Positions 5,740 through 13,836 of a DNA stretch of 18,891 nt are shown here, piece after piece. Under the pieces are notes generated by a model. The model ran no database searches and was not told where the DNA came from. It saw only the letters and a list, made by a program, of their open reading frames with translations. This DNA comes from Candidatus Binatia bacterium. Lineage in GTDB: Bacteria; Desulfobacterota; Binatia; HRBIN30. The stretch spans positions 1-18,891 of the forward strand of contig JBBRSP010000054.1 in assembly GCA_038245295.1 (NCBI GenBank), given 5' to 3'. Position numbers and translations under genes: made by a program. Position 1 is the first letter of the stretch; each line of letters begins with the position of its first letter.

Positions 5740-7521
5740 TTAGAGGCGACGTTCACCGCTGCGGACCTGCGCCAGTAGCGCCGGTGTGAGCGGCACATAG
5801 GTCTGCGTCGCATCGTCGCGCACATAGAGCGGGTCGGTAATGCGCTCGGGGTCATAACCCTGCTCGCGCAACTCGGTCTTGCGCTGCTTGAGTGTGCCGG
5901 TGACCTCCATGGTAGCAAGCAGGCGGATGAACAGCGGCCGCGCATAGGCGGGCAGCTGGGCGGCGCGGATGTACAAAGCTGCCGGGTCGAACGCATGGCC
6001 GGCCTCAAGGACGACCGCGGCCATCCCGGCGCGCCCGTCATAGCCCGGTATTTCGACACCATAGACGTTGGTCTCGGTGACGCCCGGTGTGCCATTGAGG
6101 CACTCGGCAACTTCCTGCGTCGCAACGTTCTCGCCTTTCCAACGAAAGGTGTCGCCGCTGCGATCGACAAAATAGTAGTACCCATCGTTGTCGCGGCGCA
6201 GCACGTCGCCGCTGCGGAAGTAGCAATCGCCCTTGCGGAAGGCGTCGCGCACGAGCTTGGCCTCGCTGGCTTGACGATCGGTGTACCCGTCGTAGGCCAT
6301 CGTTGCGCCGCCGCGCACGCGCCCGAGTAGCTCTCCCGGTTCGTCGTCGGCGCAGGCGATCAGCCAACCGTCCGGCCCGCGTCGCAATTCACCCGTGGCG
6401 ACGTCTCTTTGGGCCAGGCGGACCTGGTCATGTTGAAACGGATGCGGTCGGCCAACCGAGCCGGCGCGGCCATGACGATTCATCAGGGCGACGTTGCCCT
6501 CCGTGCAGCCGTACATTTCGACAATGCGTTCGATACCGAAACGTTGCTGGAACGTCTCCCAGATGTCTGGGCGTAGACCGGCACCAACCGCGAGGCGCAG
6601 GTGGTGGTCGCGATCGAGCCGCGACGGCGGCTGGCGCAGAAGGTAGCGACAGAGCTCGCCGACATAGACGAACGCCGTCGCTCCGTGGGTGCGGACATCG
6701 CTGAGAAACTCGCCGGCGCTGAAGCGGCGTCGCGAGGCGAATCCCCCGCCGGTGCGCACGGCAACGCTGAAGCCGACGAAGTTGCTTTCGCCGTGATAGA
6801 GGGGCAACGGCGCGTAGATGACGTCGTCGGCGCCGAGGCCGAGCATGCCGGACAATCCGAGGCCAGCCATGGTGAAGCGTGTGTGACGTACAATCGCCGC
6901 TTTGGGGAACCCGGTTGTTCCGGACGTATAGATGTAGAGGAAGATGTCGCGGCCATGCAGATCAGGAAGCTCCGGCTCGTGGCGCGGTGCCGCGGCGATG
7001 GCGGCATCAAGCGGTTCGACGTGCGGTGGCAACGTGCGCGCCTCACCCTGAGCCCAGGTGGTCAACGTGACCGACTCCGGCAGCCGCAACACCTGCGGCA
7101 TGCAGGCAGCATCGGCGAAGACATGGCGGGCGCCCGAGGTTTTCAACACATGCAGCAGCGGCTCCCCGCTCAGGTGCGTATTGATCAGGGCGCCGATCGC
7201 GCCTGTCTTGGCAATGGCGCCCTCGGCCGCGAGCAACGCCGGACTGTTCTCCATCATCAAGGCGACGGGCTCACCGCGCGAAATGCCGGCCTGGCGAAAG
7301 ACATGGGTGTAGGCGTTGACCAGTGCGTTGAATTCGCCGAACGACAAGGTCTCGTCCTCGAAACGCAGCAGCACCCGATCTGGAATGGTTTGCGCCTGCT
7401 GGCGCAGTAGGACCCCGAGGGTATCCGTGCCGTCGGGCGACGCACGCCTCAGGGCCGCCCCCATGCGCAAGAATACCGGGATTTCTTTCAGGTCGTCCCA
7501 CAACAGCCGCCAGCGATTCAT
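5740..7521 (-). CDS. Long-chain acyl-CoA synthetase, FATP/FadD6-like
   Basis: AMP-binding motif YIYTSGTTGFPKAA, plus YVGELCRYLL, EMYGCTEGN and RSGDVL...YFVDRSGDTFRWKGENVAT (FATP signature). Start at MNRWRL (7521) gives 593 aa. Confidence 0.93.
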   Translation of the reverse strand: MNRWRLLWDDLKEIPVFLRMGAALRRASPDGTDTLGVLLRQQAQTIPDRVLLRFEDETLSFGEFNALVNAYTHVFRQAGISRGEPVALMMENSPALLAAEGAIAKTGAIGALINTHLSGEPLLHVLKTSGARHVFADAACMPQVLRLPESVTLTTWAQGEARTLPPHVEPLDAAIAAAPRHEPELPDLHGRDIFLYIYTSGTTGFPKAAIVRHTRFTMAGLGLSGMLGLGADDVIYAPLPLYHGESNFVGFSVAVRTGGGFASRRRFSAGEFLSDVRTHGATAFVYVGELCRYLLRQPPSRLDRDHHLRLAVGAGLRPDIWETFQQRFGIERIVEMYGCTEGNVALMNRHGRAGSVGRPHPFQHDQVRLAQRDVATGELRRGPDGWLIACADDEPGELLGRVRGGATMAYDGYTDRQASEAKLVRDAFRKGDCYFRSGDVLRRDNDGYYYFVDRSGDTFRWKGENVATQEVAECLNGTPGVTETNVYGVEIPGYDGRAGMAAVVLEAGHAFDPAALYIRAAQLPAYARPLFIRLLATMEVTGTLKQRKTELREQGYDPERITDPLYVRDDATQTYVPLTPALLAQVRSGERRL

Positions 7522-7779
7522 GTGTCTGGCAAATATCTGGTGTGGCGGGGGAAAGCCAAACATTTGGACATTTGTTCGAGGCCGGCGATTCTGGCCAAAA
7601 AGCCCGCGAAGATTGCGCTGGCCAAATGCCGAAAAATAGCCGACTGACGAGAAGCCCAAATGAAACGACGACCACAAGTCCGCACGTTCAAATGGCCAAA
7701 TGGCCAAATGACTCGGTAGACATTCCAAACCAACAGTGGCTATATCACGCCACAATTTGAGGATGGGGCAGATCTTCGC

Positions 7780-9156
7780 ATGAGCAAACTCTCGTACCTT
7801 AGCCCACGTATATCGTGGGGAATTGTTCCCTTGGTCTTCGCCGTTGCGGCCTGTGGCGGTGGTGGTGGCGGTGGCGGCAATGTTTCGTCCGTGCCGACGT
7901 CGACACGAACGATCATCGGCGGCCGTACGTTGACCCCGACGCGCACCGGGACGCGGATGGCCAACACGGAAACGGCAACGCCGACCGTAACCGATACACC
8001 CACGGTCACGGGTACGCCGACGCCGACGGCAGTGCACGCCGGCGGCGATCTGGCCAACATCATCAACAACGCCAACGATGGCGATACGATCATCATTTCG
8101 GGCGGCGCCTATGCGCCATTCGAGCTTGTCGATGTGAACAAGCTCGTGACGCTCCAGGTCGATACCACCGGCTTCGCCAGTGGCGGCACCGCGAGCCCGG
8201 CGACGATTAATGCGCGCAGCTTCGCCTTCGGTATCCATTTCTTGCGGGTAACCGGCGTCACCCTTGATGGCTTCACGATTATCAACGGCGGCAGTACGGG
8301 CGGCGTGATCATTGATGAAAGCCGCGACGTCACCATCCGCAACTTCGAAGTGCATGGCAGCCAAGGCGACGGTATCCAGGTCAACAACTCGCCCAACGTC
8401 GCGCTCATCAACAACCTCTCGTACAACCACGCCCTGGCAGGTTTTGCGATCATCGGTGCCGACAGCCTGCAACTGCTCAACAACACCTCGACGCGCAATC
8501 TCGAAGGGGTGTACATCGGCAACAGCGTCACGCCGAGCGTCGGAATCCTGCTGCGCAACAACTTGATCAGCGGCAACTCACGCTTCGGGCTCGATGTCCA
8601 CCCGAGCACCACCGGCTTCGACAGCGATTACAACATCATCACCGATGCCTACTCCGACCAGCAATACCGCGGTGCCAGCGACAGCAGCGCCAACCCATTG
8701 TTTGCCGATCCGAACAGCGGCAACTTCCACGTCTTGCAACCGTCGGAAACCTGCCAGGGCGGTAGCCCGGCGGTTGACGGCGGCGATCCCAACATCTTGG
8801 CATCGATGCAATCGCTGGAGCTGCGAACGGTTCGCTTGGATGGGCGGAACGACTGTGTCGGCGGCGGATGCTGCCCGGTTGGTTGCGGTGGTGCTGTGGC
8901 CTGTGTGCGCGCGGGCCAAATCGACGTCGGCTACCACTACGTTGCGCCGAGCGCCTTCTTCACGCCGACACCGACGGTCACGGCCACGCGCCCGCCGCGT
9001 ACGCCGCGCTCGACGAATACCCCCGGCGTGGTGGTGCCGACACCGACCGGCCCAACTCCCTCGCCGACCGTGACCAGCAACGTGCCGGTGGCAACACAGA
9101 CACCAACGTTCGCCGGGCGCCGAAGCCCGACCCCAACCCGCACGCCACGCCCGTAA
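7780..9156 (+). CDS. Surface lipoprotein with right-handed parallel beta-helix (pectin lyase-like) repeats and Pro/Thr-rich linkers
   Basis: Lipobox VAAC followed by G7. TPT repeats at both ends. LDGFTI, GIQV and GVYI beta-helix turns, NPLF and SPAVDGG...DVGYHY, with a Cys-rich insert. Confidence 0.85.
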   Translation: MSKLSYLSPRISWGIVPLVFAVAACGGGGGGGGNVSSVPTSTRTIIGGRTLTPTRTGTRMANTETATPTVTDTPTVTGTPTPTAVHAGGDLANIINNANDGDTIIISGGAYAPFELVDVNKLVTLQVDTTGFASGGTASPATINARSFAFGIHFLRVTGVTLDGFTIINGGSTGGVIIDESRDVTIRNFEVHGSQGDGIQVNNSPNVALINNLSYNHALAGFAIIGADSLQLLNNTSTRNLEGVYIGNSVTPSVGILLRNNLISGNSRFGLDVHPSTTGFDSDYNIITDAYSDQQYRGASDSSANPLFADPNSGNFHVLQPSETCQGGSPAVDGGDPNILASMQSLELRTVRLDGRNDCVGGGCCPVGCGGAVACVRAGQIDVGYHYVAPSAFFTPTPTVTATRPPRTPRSTNTPGVVVPTPTGPTPSPTVTSNVPVATQTPTFAGRRSPTPTRTPRP

Positions 9157-9176
9157 AGGCAGCGTAAGGTTCCTAC

Positions 9177-9219
9177 AAAAACAAAACGCCCGGCCATTCG
9201 GCTCGGGCGTTTTGTTTTT
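9177..9219. terminator. Bidirectional rho-independent terminator
   Basis: aaaaacaaaacgcccg-N11-cgggcgttttgttttt is a perfect 16-bp IR with A/T tails, lying between convergent genes. Confidence 0.9.
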
Positions 9220-9253
9220 CCAGCTCCGCAGGAGCGCGCAAACTCGTCATCTC

Positions 9254-9424
9254 TCAGGCTGGCGGCGTACCGAGATCGGGGTCTCCCAACCCTCCGGCCC
9301 CGCCGCCGCTCTTCTTCTCTTCCTTGCGCGCCAGCTTGTCGCGCATCTTCTGTTCGGCGCGCAGCTTGCGCTCCATCTCCTTGCGTTGCTTCTGATCTCG
9401 CTTGAAGGTTTTCCCGCCTGCCAT
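9254..9424 (-). CDS. Small basic (Lys/Arg/Glu-rich) hypothetical protein, 56 aa
   Basis: RBS AAAGGAG 8 nt before ATG 9424. MAGGKTFKRDQKQRKEMERKLRAEQKMRDKLARKEEKK... ends before the bidirectional terminator. Confidence 0.7.
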   Translation of the reverse strand: MAGGKTFKRDQKQRKEMERKLRAEQKMRDKLARKEEKKSGGGAGGLGDPDLGTPPA

Positions 9425-9571
9425 GGTCGGTGCTCCTTTCTGCAGGGCAACGCCGTGACGCCACCCGAAGAGACGAAACGCCGCGTTCGTACCATGGTGA
9501 TTTCTGAGTGGCAATTGCGCGATATGCCCTGTTGTGGCGGGTCGAGGCGCCGCTTATAAGCACCCTTAGCC

Positions 9572-10066
9572 GTGTCTTACCGCCACATTCCTCGCGCCCT
9601 CTGTGGCGCCGCATTGCTCCTCGTCTGGGCCGCCTGCGCCGTTCAGGCGGTCGAGTTGATCGACGTCAGCGTCGCACCACTCTACGTCGGCAAAGATGTG
9701 ATCGTCGAAGGTAAGATCACCGCCGCCGAGCGCGATGCGAATGTCGTGCGCCTGCAGATGGGTCCCGCTGGCCGCGGTTTGACCGTCGCGTTGGTGATCC
9801 CACTGTTGAATGATTTCCCGACTTCCCCGGAGACCTACTATGCCGGCAAGATCATCCGCGCTGCCGGTCTGGTTCGTTCGTATCGCGGCAAACCCGAGTT
9901 GGCGGTGCGCAGCGCGCAGGATGTGAGTATCGTTGGCGAACCACCGGATGCCGCAGCCGGCGTCGCGGCGAAGAAAGACGCTGCCGTGCTGCGCCAGCAG
10001 GTGCAGGATCTTGAGAATCGAGTCAACGAGCTCGAACGCAACAAAGACGCGACACCGCAGCCCTGA
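9572..10066 (+). CDS. Exported OB-fold domain protein with C-terminal coiled coil
   Basis: Signal peptide. VGKDVIVEGKI...YAGKIIRAAGLVRSYRGKPEL resembles extracytoplasmic OB folds. LRQQVQDLENRVNELE heptads. Confidence 0.7.
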   Translation: MSYRHIPRALCGAALLLVWAACAVQAVELIDVSVAPLYVGKDVIVEGKITAAERDANVVRLQMGPAGRGLTVALVIPLLNDFPTSPETYYAGKIIRAAGLVRSYRGKPELAVRSAQDVSIVGEPPDAAAGVAAKKDAAVLRQQVQDLENRVNELERNKDATPQP

Positions 10067-10070
10067 CGCA

Positions 10071-11153
10071 ATGTCGTCCGATCCGAAACCCGCCGGGCTC
10101 GCATCGCTTGTGCGCACCATCCTCAAGGTGCTGCTCACCGTCGGCGCGTTCTATCTGCTGCTGACACATCCCGTCCGCAACAACCGTGGCGAATCGGTGA
10201 TGGCGCTCGAAGCGCTGCGCCAGTATCTGCCGCGGATCGATCCATCGACATTCTGGTTGTTCGCCGGGCTGGCCTTCGGCGTACGCTCGATCGGGATGTT
10301 CTGCTCGATGGCGCGCTGGACGTTGCTGTTGCGCGGGCAGGGGATCCGTTTCCCGGCGTGGCATATCTTCACGACTTTCATGATCGGCCGGTTCCTCGGC
10401 ACGTTCCTGCCTTCGACCATCGGACTCGACGGCTACAAGCTCTACGACGCGGCGCGTTTCTCCGGCCGCACCGTCGAGGCAACAGCGGCGACGTTGGTCG
10501 AGAAGGGGCTTGGCATCATCGGCATCTTCCTGTGTTTCCTGGCAACGTTCCCTCTCGGCTATTCGATCCTCGGCGAACGGGCGGCGATCGTCGGAGCCCT
10601 CACGGCGCCGATCGCCCTCGCGGTGATCGGCGTCTTTTTTCTGTTGGCCTTCGAACCGCGCATCGTTATGGCGTTGCTGAACCGCCTGCCAGGCCGCAGC
10701 GGCCGCGTCGCGTCGCTGCTCGAGCGTGTCAACGCGGCGGCAGCGGCGTATCGCGAGCAGAAGGGTTTACTGTTGCTTGCCGCCGCCCTGAGCTTCGCGG
10801 TCCATTTCTGCACTGCGGCGACCTACTATTTTACGGCCGTCGCCGTCGGTGCGGCTCACCCTCTGTTCTGGGAAGTGGCCTTCGCTTCGACAATTCAGAT
10901 CTTCGCCACGGTGATCAGCCCATTCACGATTGCCGGCGAAGGTGTTCGCGAGATCGTGCAGGCCTTGTTATTGGCGCATCGGATCGGCATGGAGCAATCG
11001 ATCCTCTCGGCCGCGCTTGGATTCTGGGTCGCCGAAGCACCGACGCTGACGGGTGGGATTTTTTATTCGCTACGACGCGCCGACTATAGACCGGCCGTGG
11101 CCGTAGACGTGCGGGGGCGAGATATGGCAAAGGCGAAGCGGAACGAAGCATGA
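10071..11153 (+). CDS. Lysylphosphatidylglycerol synthase TM-domain / flippase-like (UPF0104) membrane protein
   Basis: RWxxLL, IGRFLGTFLPSTIGLD, EK and PFTIAGEGVRE motifs, with multiple TM segments. ATG lies 4 nt after the previous stop. Confidence 0.85.
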   Translation: MSSDPKPAGLASLVRTILKVLLTVGAFYLLLTHPVRNNRGESVMALEALRQYLPRIDPSTFWLFAGLAFGVRSIGMFCSMARWTLLLRGQGIRFPAWHIFTTFMIGRFLGTFLPSTIGLDGYKLYDAARFSGRTVEATAATLVEKGLGIIGIFLCFLATFPLGYSILGERAAIVGALTAPIALAVIGVFFLLAFEPRIVMALLNRLPGRSGRVASLLERVNAAAAAYREQKGLLLLAAALSFAVHFCTAATYYFTAVAVGAAHPLFWEVAFASTIQIFATVISPFTIAGEGVREIVQALLLAHRIGMEQSILSAALGFWVAEAPTLTGGIFYSLRRADYRPAVAVDVRGRDMAKAKRNEA

Positions 11154-11599
11154 GTACCCCGACACCAGCCGACCTTCGAAACCTCGCTCGCTTTCGGTAT
11201 TCGTTGCGGCGCCTGCTGCGCAACGCCGAAGACGCGGCGCGGGAAGTTGGACTAACGCCGCAGCACCATCAGGTGCTGCTTGGAATTGCCGGCTTCACGG
11301 GCAATGGATACGCCACCATTTCGGATCTTGCTGACTACATGCAGCTACGCCACCACAGCGTCGTCGGCCTGGTCGATCGAGCTGAGACGATGGGCCTGGT
11401 GCGGCGCAGCATCAATCCGGAAAATCACCGCGAAGTGCATGTCGCCCTTACCGCCGATGGATCGCGCAAGCTGCGTCAGCTGAGCGATCTGCATCGCGAC
11501 GAGCTCAACTTCATGCGCCGCCGCATGGACATCCTCGACGTGCAGCGCACCGCGCGCCGAGGTCCGAGCGGTCCCGGTAGTCGCACTCGTAAACGATAG
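11150..11599 (+). CDS. MarR family transcriptional regulator
   Basis: GLTPQHHQVLL, TISDLADYMQLRHHSVVGLVDRAETMGLVRR and REVHVALTADG. ATGA overlap with the upstream gene. Confidence 0.92.
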   Translation: MSTPTPADLRNLARFRYSLRRLLRNAEDAAREVGLTPQHHQVLLGIAGFTGNGYATISDLADYMQLRHHSVVGLVDRAETMGLVRRSINPENHREVHVALTADGSRKLRQLSDLHRDELNFMRRRMDILDVQRTARRGPSGPGSRTRKR

Positions 11600-11603
11600 A
11601 GGA

Positions 11604-12467
11604 TTAGTTGCGCCCGAGTTCCTGGGCGCGTCGTGTTGCGGCGATGATCGCCGAAGCGATCGAGTCCTTGAAGCCGCGGCGATTGAGCTCGCCCAGGCCG
11701 GCCAGTGTTGTGCCGCCTGGTGACGATACCTGAGCCCGTAGCGACTCTGGCGTGTCGCCCGTCTCCAACAGCATGGCCGCAGCGCCGGCGATGGTTTGAA
11801 AAGCCAACTGGACGGCGAGGGGCCCCGGTAAGCCCGCCTGGATGCCGCCGGCGATCAGTCCTTCGGCGAAGAGATAGACATACGCCGGACCGGAACCACT
11901 CAAACCCGTAACCGCATCGAGCATGCGCTCATGCGGGATTGCCACCGCCGCCCCAACGGCGCTCAGCAGTTTTACGCCGAGCTTCTCGTCCGCCGGTGTG
12001 GCAAAGCGACCGCGTACGAGCACCGACATGCCTTTGCCGACCGTCGCCGGCGTGTTCGGCATGACGCGCAGGACTCGGACGCGGACACCCAGGGTATTCT
12101 CGATCCGCAAGGTCGGAATGCCGGCGGCGATTGAAATGAACAGATGGTCGGGCGTGATCAGGGCGCGCAACTCGGTGAGGACCTGCTCGATGACCTGCGG
12201 CTTCACCGCCAGGATGATGATCTTCGACTTGGCCACCAGTGTGGCATTGTTGGGCGCCGCATCCACCTTGAAGCGTTTTTTGATCAGGCTCAAACGCTTC
12301 GCGTCGACGTCGCTGACCCACATTTGCTTGGCGTCGTACAACTCGGCGTCGAGGAATCCTTTGATCAACGCCGCCGCCATGTTGCCGGCACCGATGAACC
12401 CAATACTCCGGCCAACACTCGGCGTTTTCTTATTACTCTTGGGTGCTTGCGTCCGCTTCTCTGCCAT
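11604..12467 (-). CDS. proC: Pyrroline-5-carboxylate reductase
   Basis: IGFIGAGNM, LAVKPQ, SIAAG, RVMPNTP, TGLSGSGPAY and VSSPGGTT. Confidence 0.97.
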   Translation of the reverse strand: MAEKRTQAPKSNKKTPSVGRSIGFIGAGNMAAALIKGFLDAELYDAKQMWVSDVDAKRLSLIKKRFKVDAAPNNATLVAKSKIIILAVKPQVIEQVLTELRALITPDHLFISIAAGIPTLRIENTLGVRVRVLRVMPNTPATVGKGMSVLVRGRFATPADEKLGVKLLSAVGAAVAIPHERMLDAVTGLSGSGPAYVYLFAEGLIAGGIQAGLPGPLAVQLAFQTIAGAAAMLLETGDTPESLRAQVSSPGGTTLAGLGELNRRGFKDSIASAIIAATRRAQELGRN

Positions 12468-12497
12468 CAGTCATTCCCCCACGTCCTACCAAGTACT

Positions 12498-13196
12498 TCA
12501 GTTCTTGCGTGGTGTGCGCTCTCCGAAGATCGCCCGCCCGACGCGTACGATCGTCGCTCCCTCTTCGATAGCGACCTCGAAGTCATCCGTCATGCCCATC
12601 GACAATTCTTTCAACGGCACATTGGGTGGTGCCGAAGCCTGCAGCCGGTCTCGTAGCTGACGCAGGGCGGCAAAGTAAGGACGGGCCTCGGACGGATCGG
12701 CTACCGCCGGCGGAATCGTCATCAAACCGACGACTTGCAGGCCGGGAGCCGCTGCCAGGTTGGCCAACAGCGCCTCCACGGCGGCGGGCGCGAAACCGGT
12801 CTTGGTGGTTTCGGCGCCGACGTTTACCTCGATCAGCACACGCATGGGTTTGCCGGCGGCGGCGGCATGATGTGCCACTGCCAGAGCTAGGGCAACGCTG
12901 TCGATACTGTGGATCACATCGAAAAGAGCTACCGCCTTGGCCGCCTTGTTGCGCTGTACGTGGCCGATCATGTGCCACTGCACTGCGTGGCCAATCGCGG
13001 TGATCTTGTCGGCTGCTTCCTGAACGTAGTTTTCGCCCAGGTCGGTTGCTCCGGCGGCGATGGCGGCGTTGATCTCGTCTACCGACTTGGTCTTCGACAC
13101 GGCCAGGATCCGCACGGCGTCGGCGCCGCGGCCACTGCGCTGCGTTGCCGCCTGTACCCGGTGGCGGACTTCGTTCCAGCGTTGCTCCAGCGTCAT
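12498..13196 (-). CDS. yggS: PLP homeostasis protein YggS/PROSC
   Basis: AVSKT, GENYVQE, WHMIGHVQRNK, GLMTIP and LSMGMTDDFEVAIEEGATIVRVGRAIFG. Start MTLEQ overlaps the maf stop (ATGA). Confidence 0.96.
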   Translation of the reverse strand: MTLEQRWNEVRHRVQAATQRSGRGADAVRILAVSKTKSVDEINAAIAAGATDLGENYVQEAADKITAIGHAVQWHMIGHVQRNKAAKAVALFDVIHSIDSVALALAVAHHAAAAGKPMRVLIEVNVGAETTKTGFAPAAVEALLANLAAAPGLQVVGLMTIPPAVADPSEARPYFAALRQLRDRLQASAPPNVPLKELSMGMTDDFEVAIEEGATIVRVGRAIFGERTPRKN

Positions 13197-13774
13197 GCCG
13201 GCAGGCCCGGAACTCCGCGACGCCGCAGCAGAGCCACGGTCTGCTCGACGGGCAGGCCAACCACGTTGGTGTAGGAGCCGTCGAGCTTTTCGATGAAGGA
13301 CCAGGCTCCGCCCTGGGCGCCGTAAGCACCGGCTTTGTCGAGTGGTTCGCCGGTTGCCACGTAGGCGGCGATATCGTCGGCGCAAACGGCCCGCAGGGTC
13401 ACCTGGGTGCCGACGACAAAGTCGTCGACCTGACCGTCAGGGGACGCCAGCGCGACGCCGGTAAACACCGTGTGGGTGCGTCCCGCCAACTGCGACAGCA
13501 TGCGTTGTGCGTCCGTCACATCGTTTGGTTTGCCGAAGATCGTGCCGTCGAGGGCGACAACCGTATCGGCACCCAACACGTAGTGAGCCGGATGCTGTGT
13601 GGCGACGGCGCTCGCCTTGGCGCGCGCCATACGTCGCGCAAAGGCGTCGGGTTGTTCGCCGGGAAGGGCCACTTCCGGGATGTCGCTGACCACCAGCTCG
13701 AACTCGATGCGCGCCTCGCGCAGCAGCTCGCGGCGTCGCGGCGAGCCTGAGGCGAGGATGAGTCGGGGCGACAT
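13193..13774 (-). CDS. maf: Maf family nucleoside triphosphate pyrophosphatase (YhdE-like)
   Basis: LILASGSPRRRELL, KA, GADTVV, GKP, DKAGAY and GSYTNVVGLP. Confidence 0.96.
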   Translation of the reverse strand: MSPRLILASGSPRRRELLREARIEFELVVSDIPEVALPGEQPDAFARRMARAKASAVATQHPAHYVLGADTVVALDGTIFGKPNDVTDAQRMLSQLAGRTHTVFTGVALASPDGQVDDFVVGTQVTLRAVCADDIAAYVATGEPLDKAGAYGAQGGAWSFIEKLDGSYTNVVGLPVEQTVALLRRRGVPGLPA

Positions 13775-13836
13775 TCCGGGGCTAATCGCCAAGCCGTTCG
13801 GGTTGTGCAAGGGGAGCACTGTGCTAGGTCGTCGCA

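Noticed and set aside
5190..5789. 199-aa + strand ORF
   Set aside because: It runs through REP elements and is antisense to the small gene that has a strong RBS and signal peptide.
7522..8472. 910-aa version of the acyl-CoA synthetase (N-terminal extension)
   Set aside because: The extension is antisense to the beta-helix gene and crosses the intergenic region. FATP-like sequence starts near 7521.
9933..10070. N-terminal extension of the flippase-like ORF (likewise the extended starts of yggS, maf and NMO)
   Set aside because: The extensions overlap neighbouring genes or intergenic DNA. Downstream ATGs fit the family N-termini and RBS or coupling signals.
11604..13774. maf-yggS-proC cluster as a novel system
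   Set aside because: The yggS-proC linkage is a well-known conserved housekeeping arrangement.
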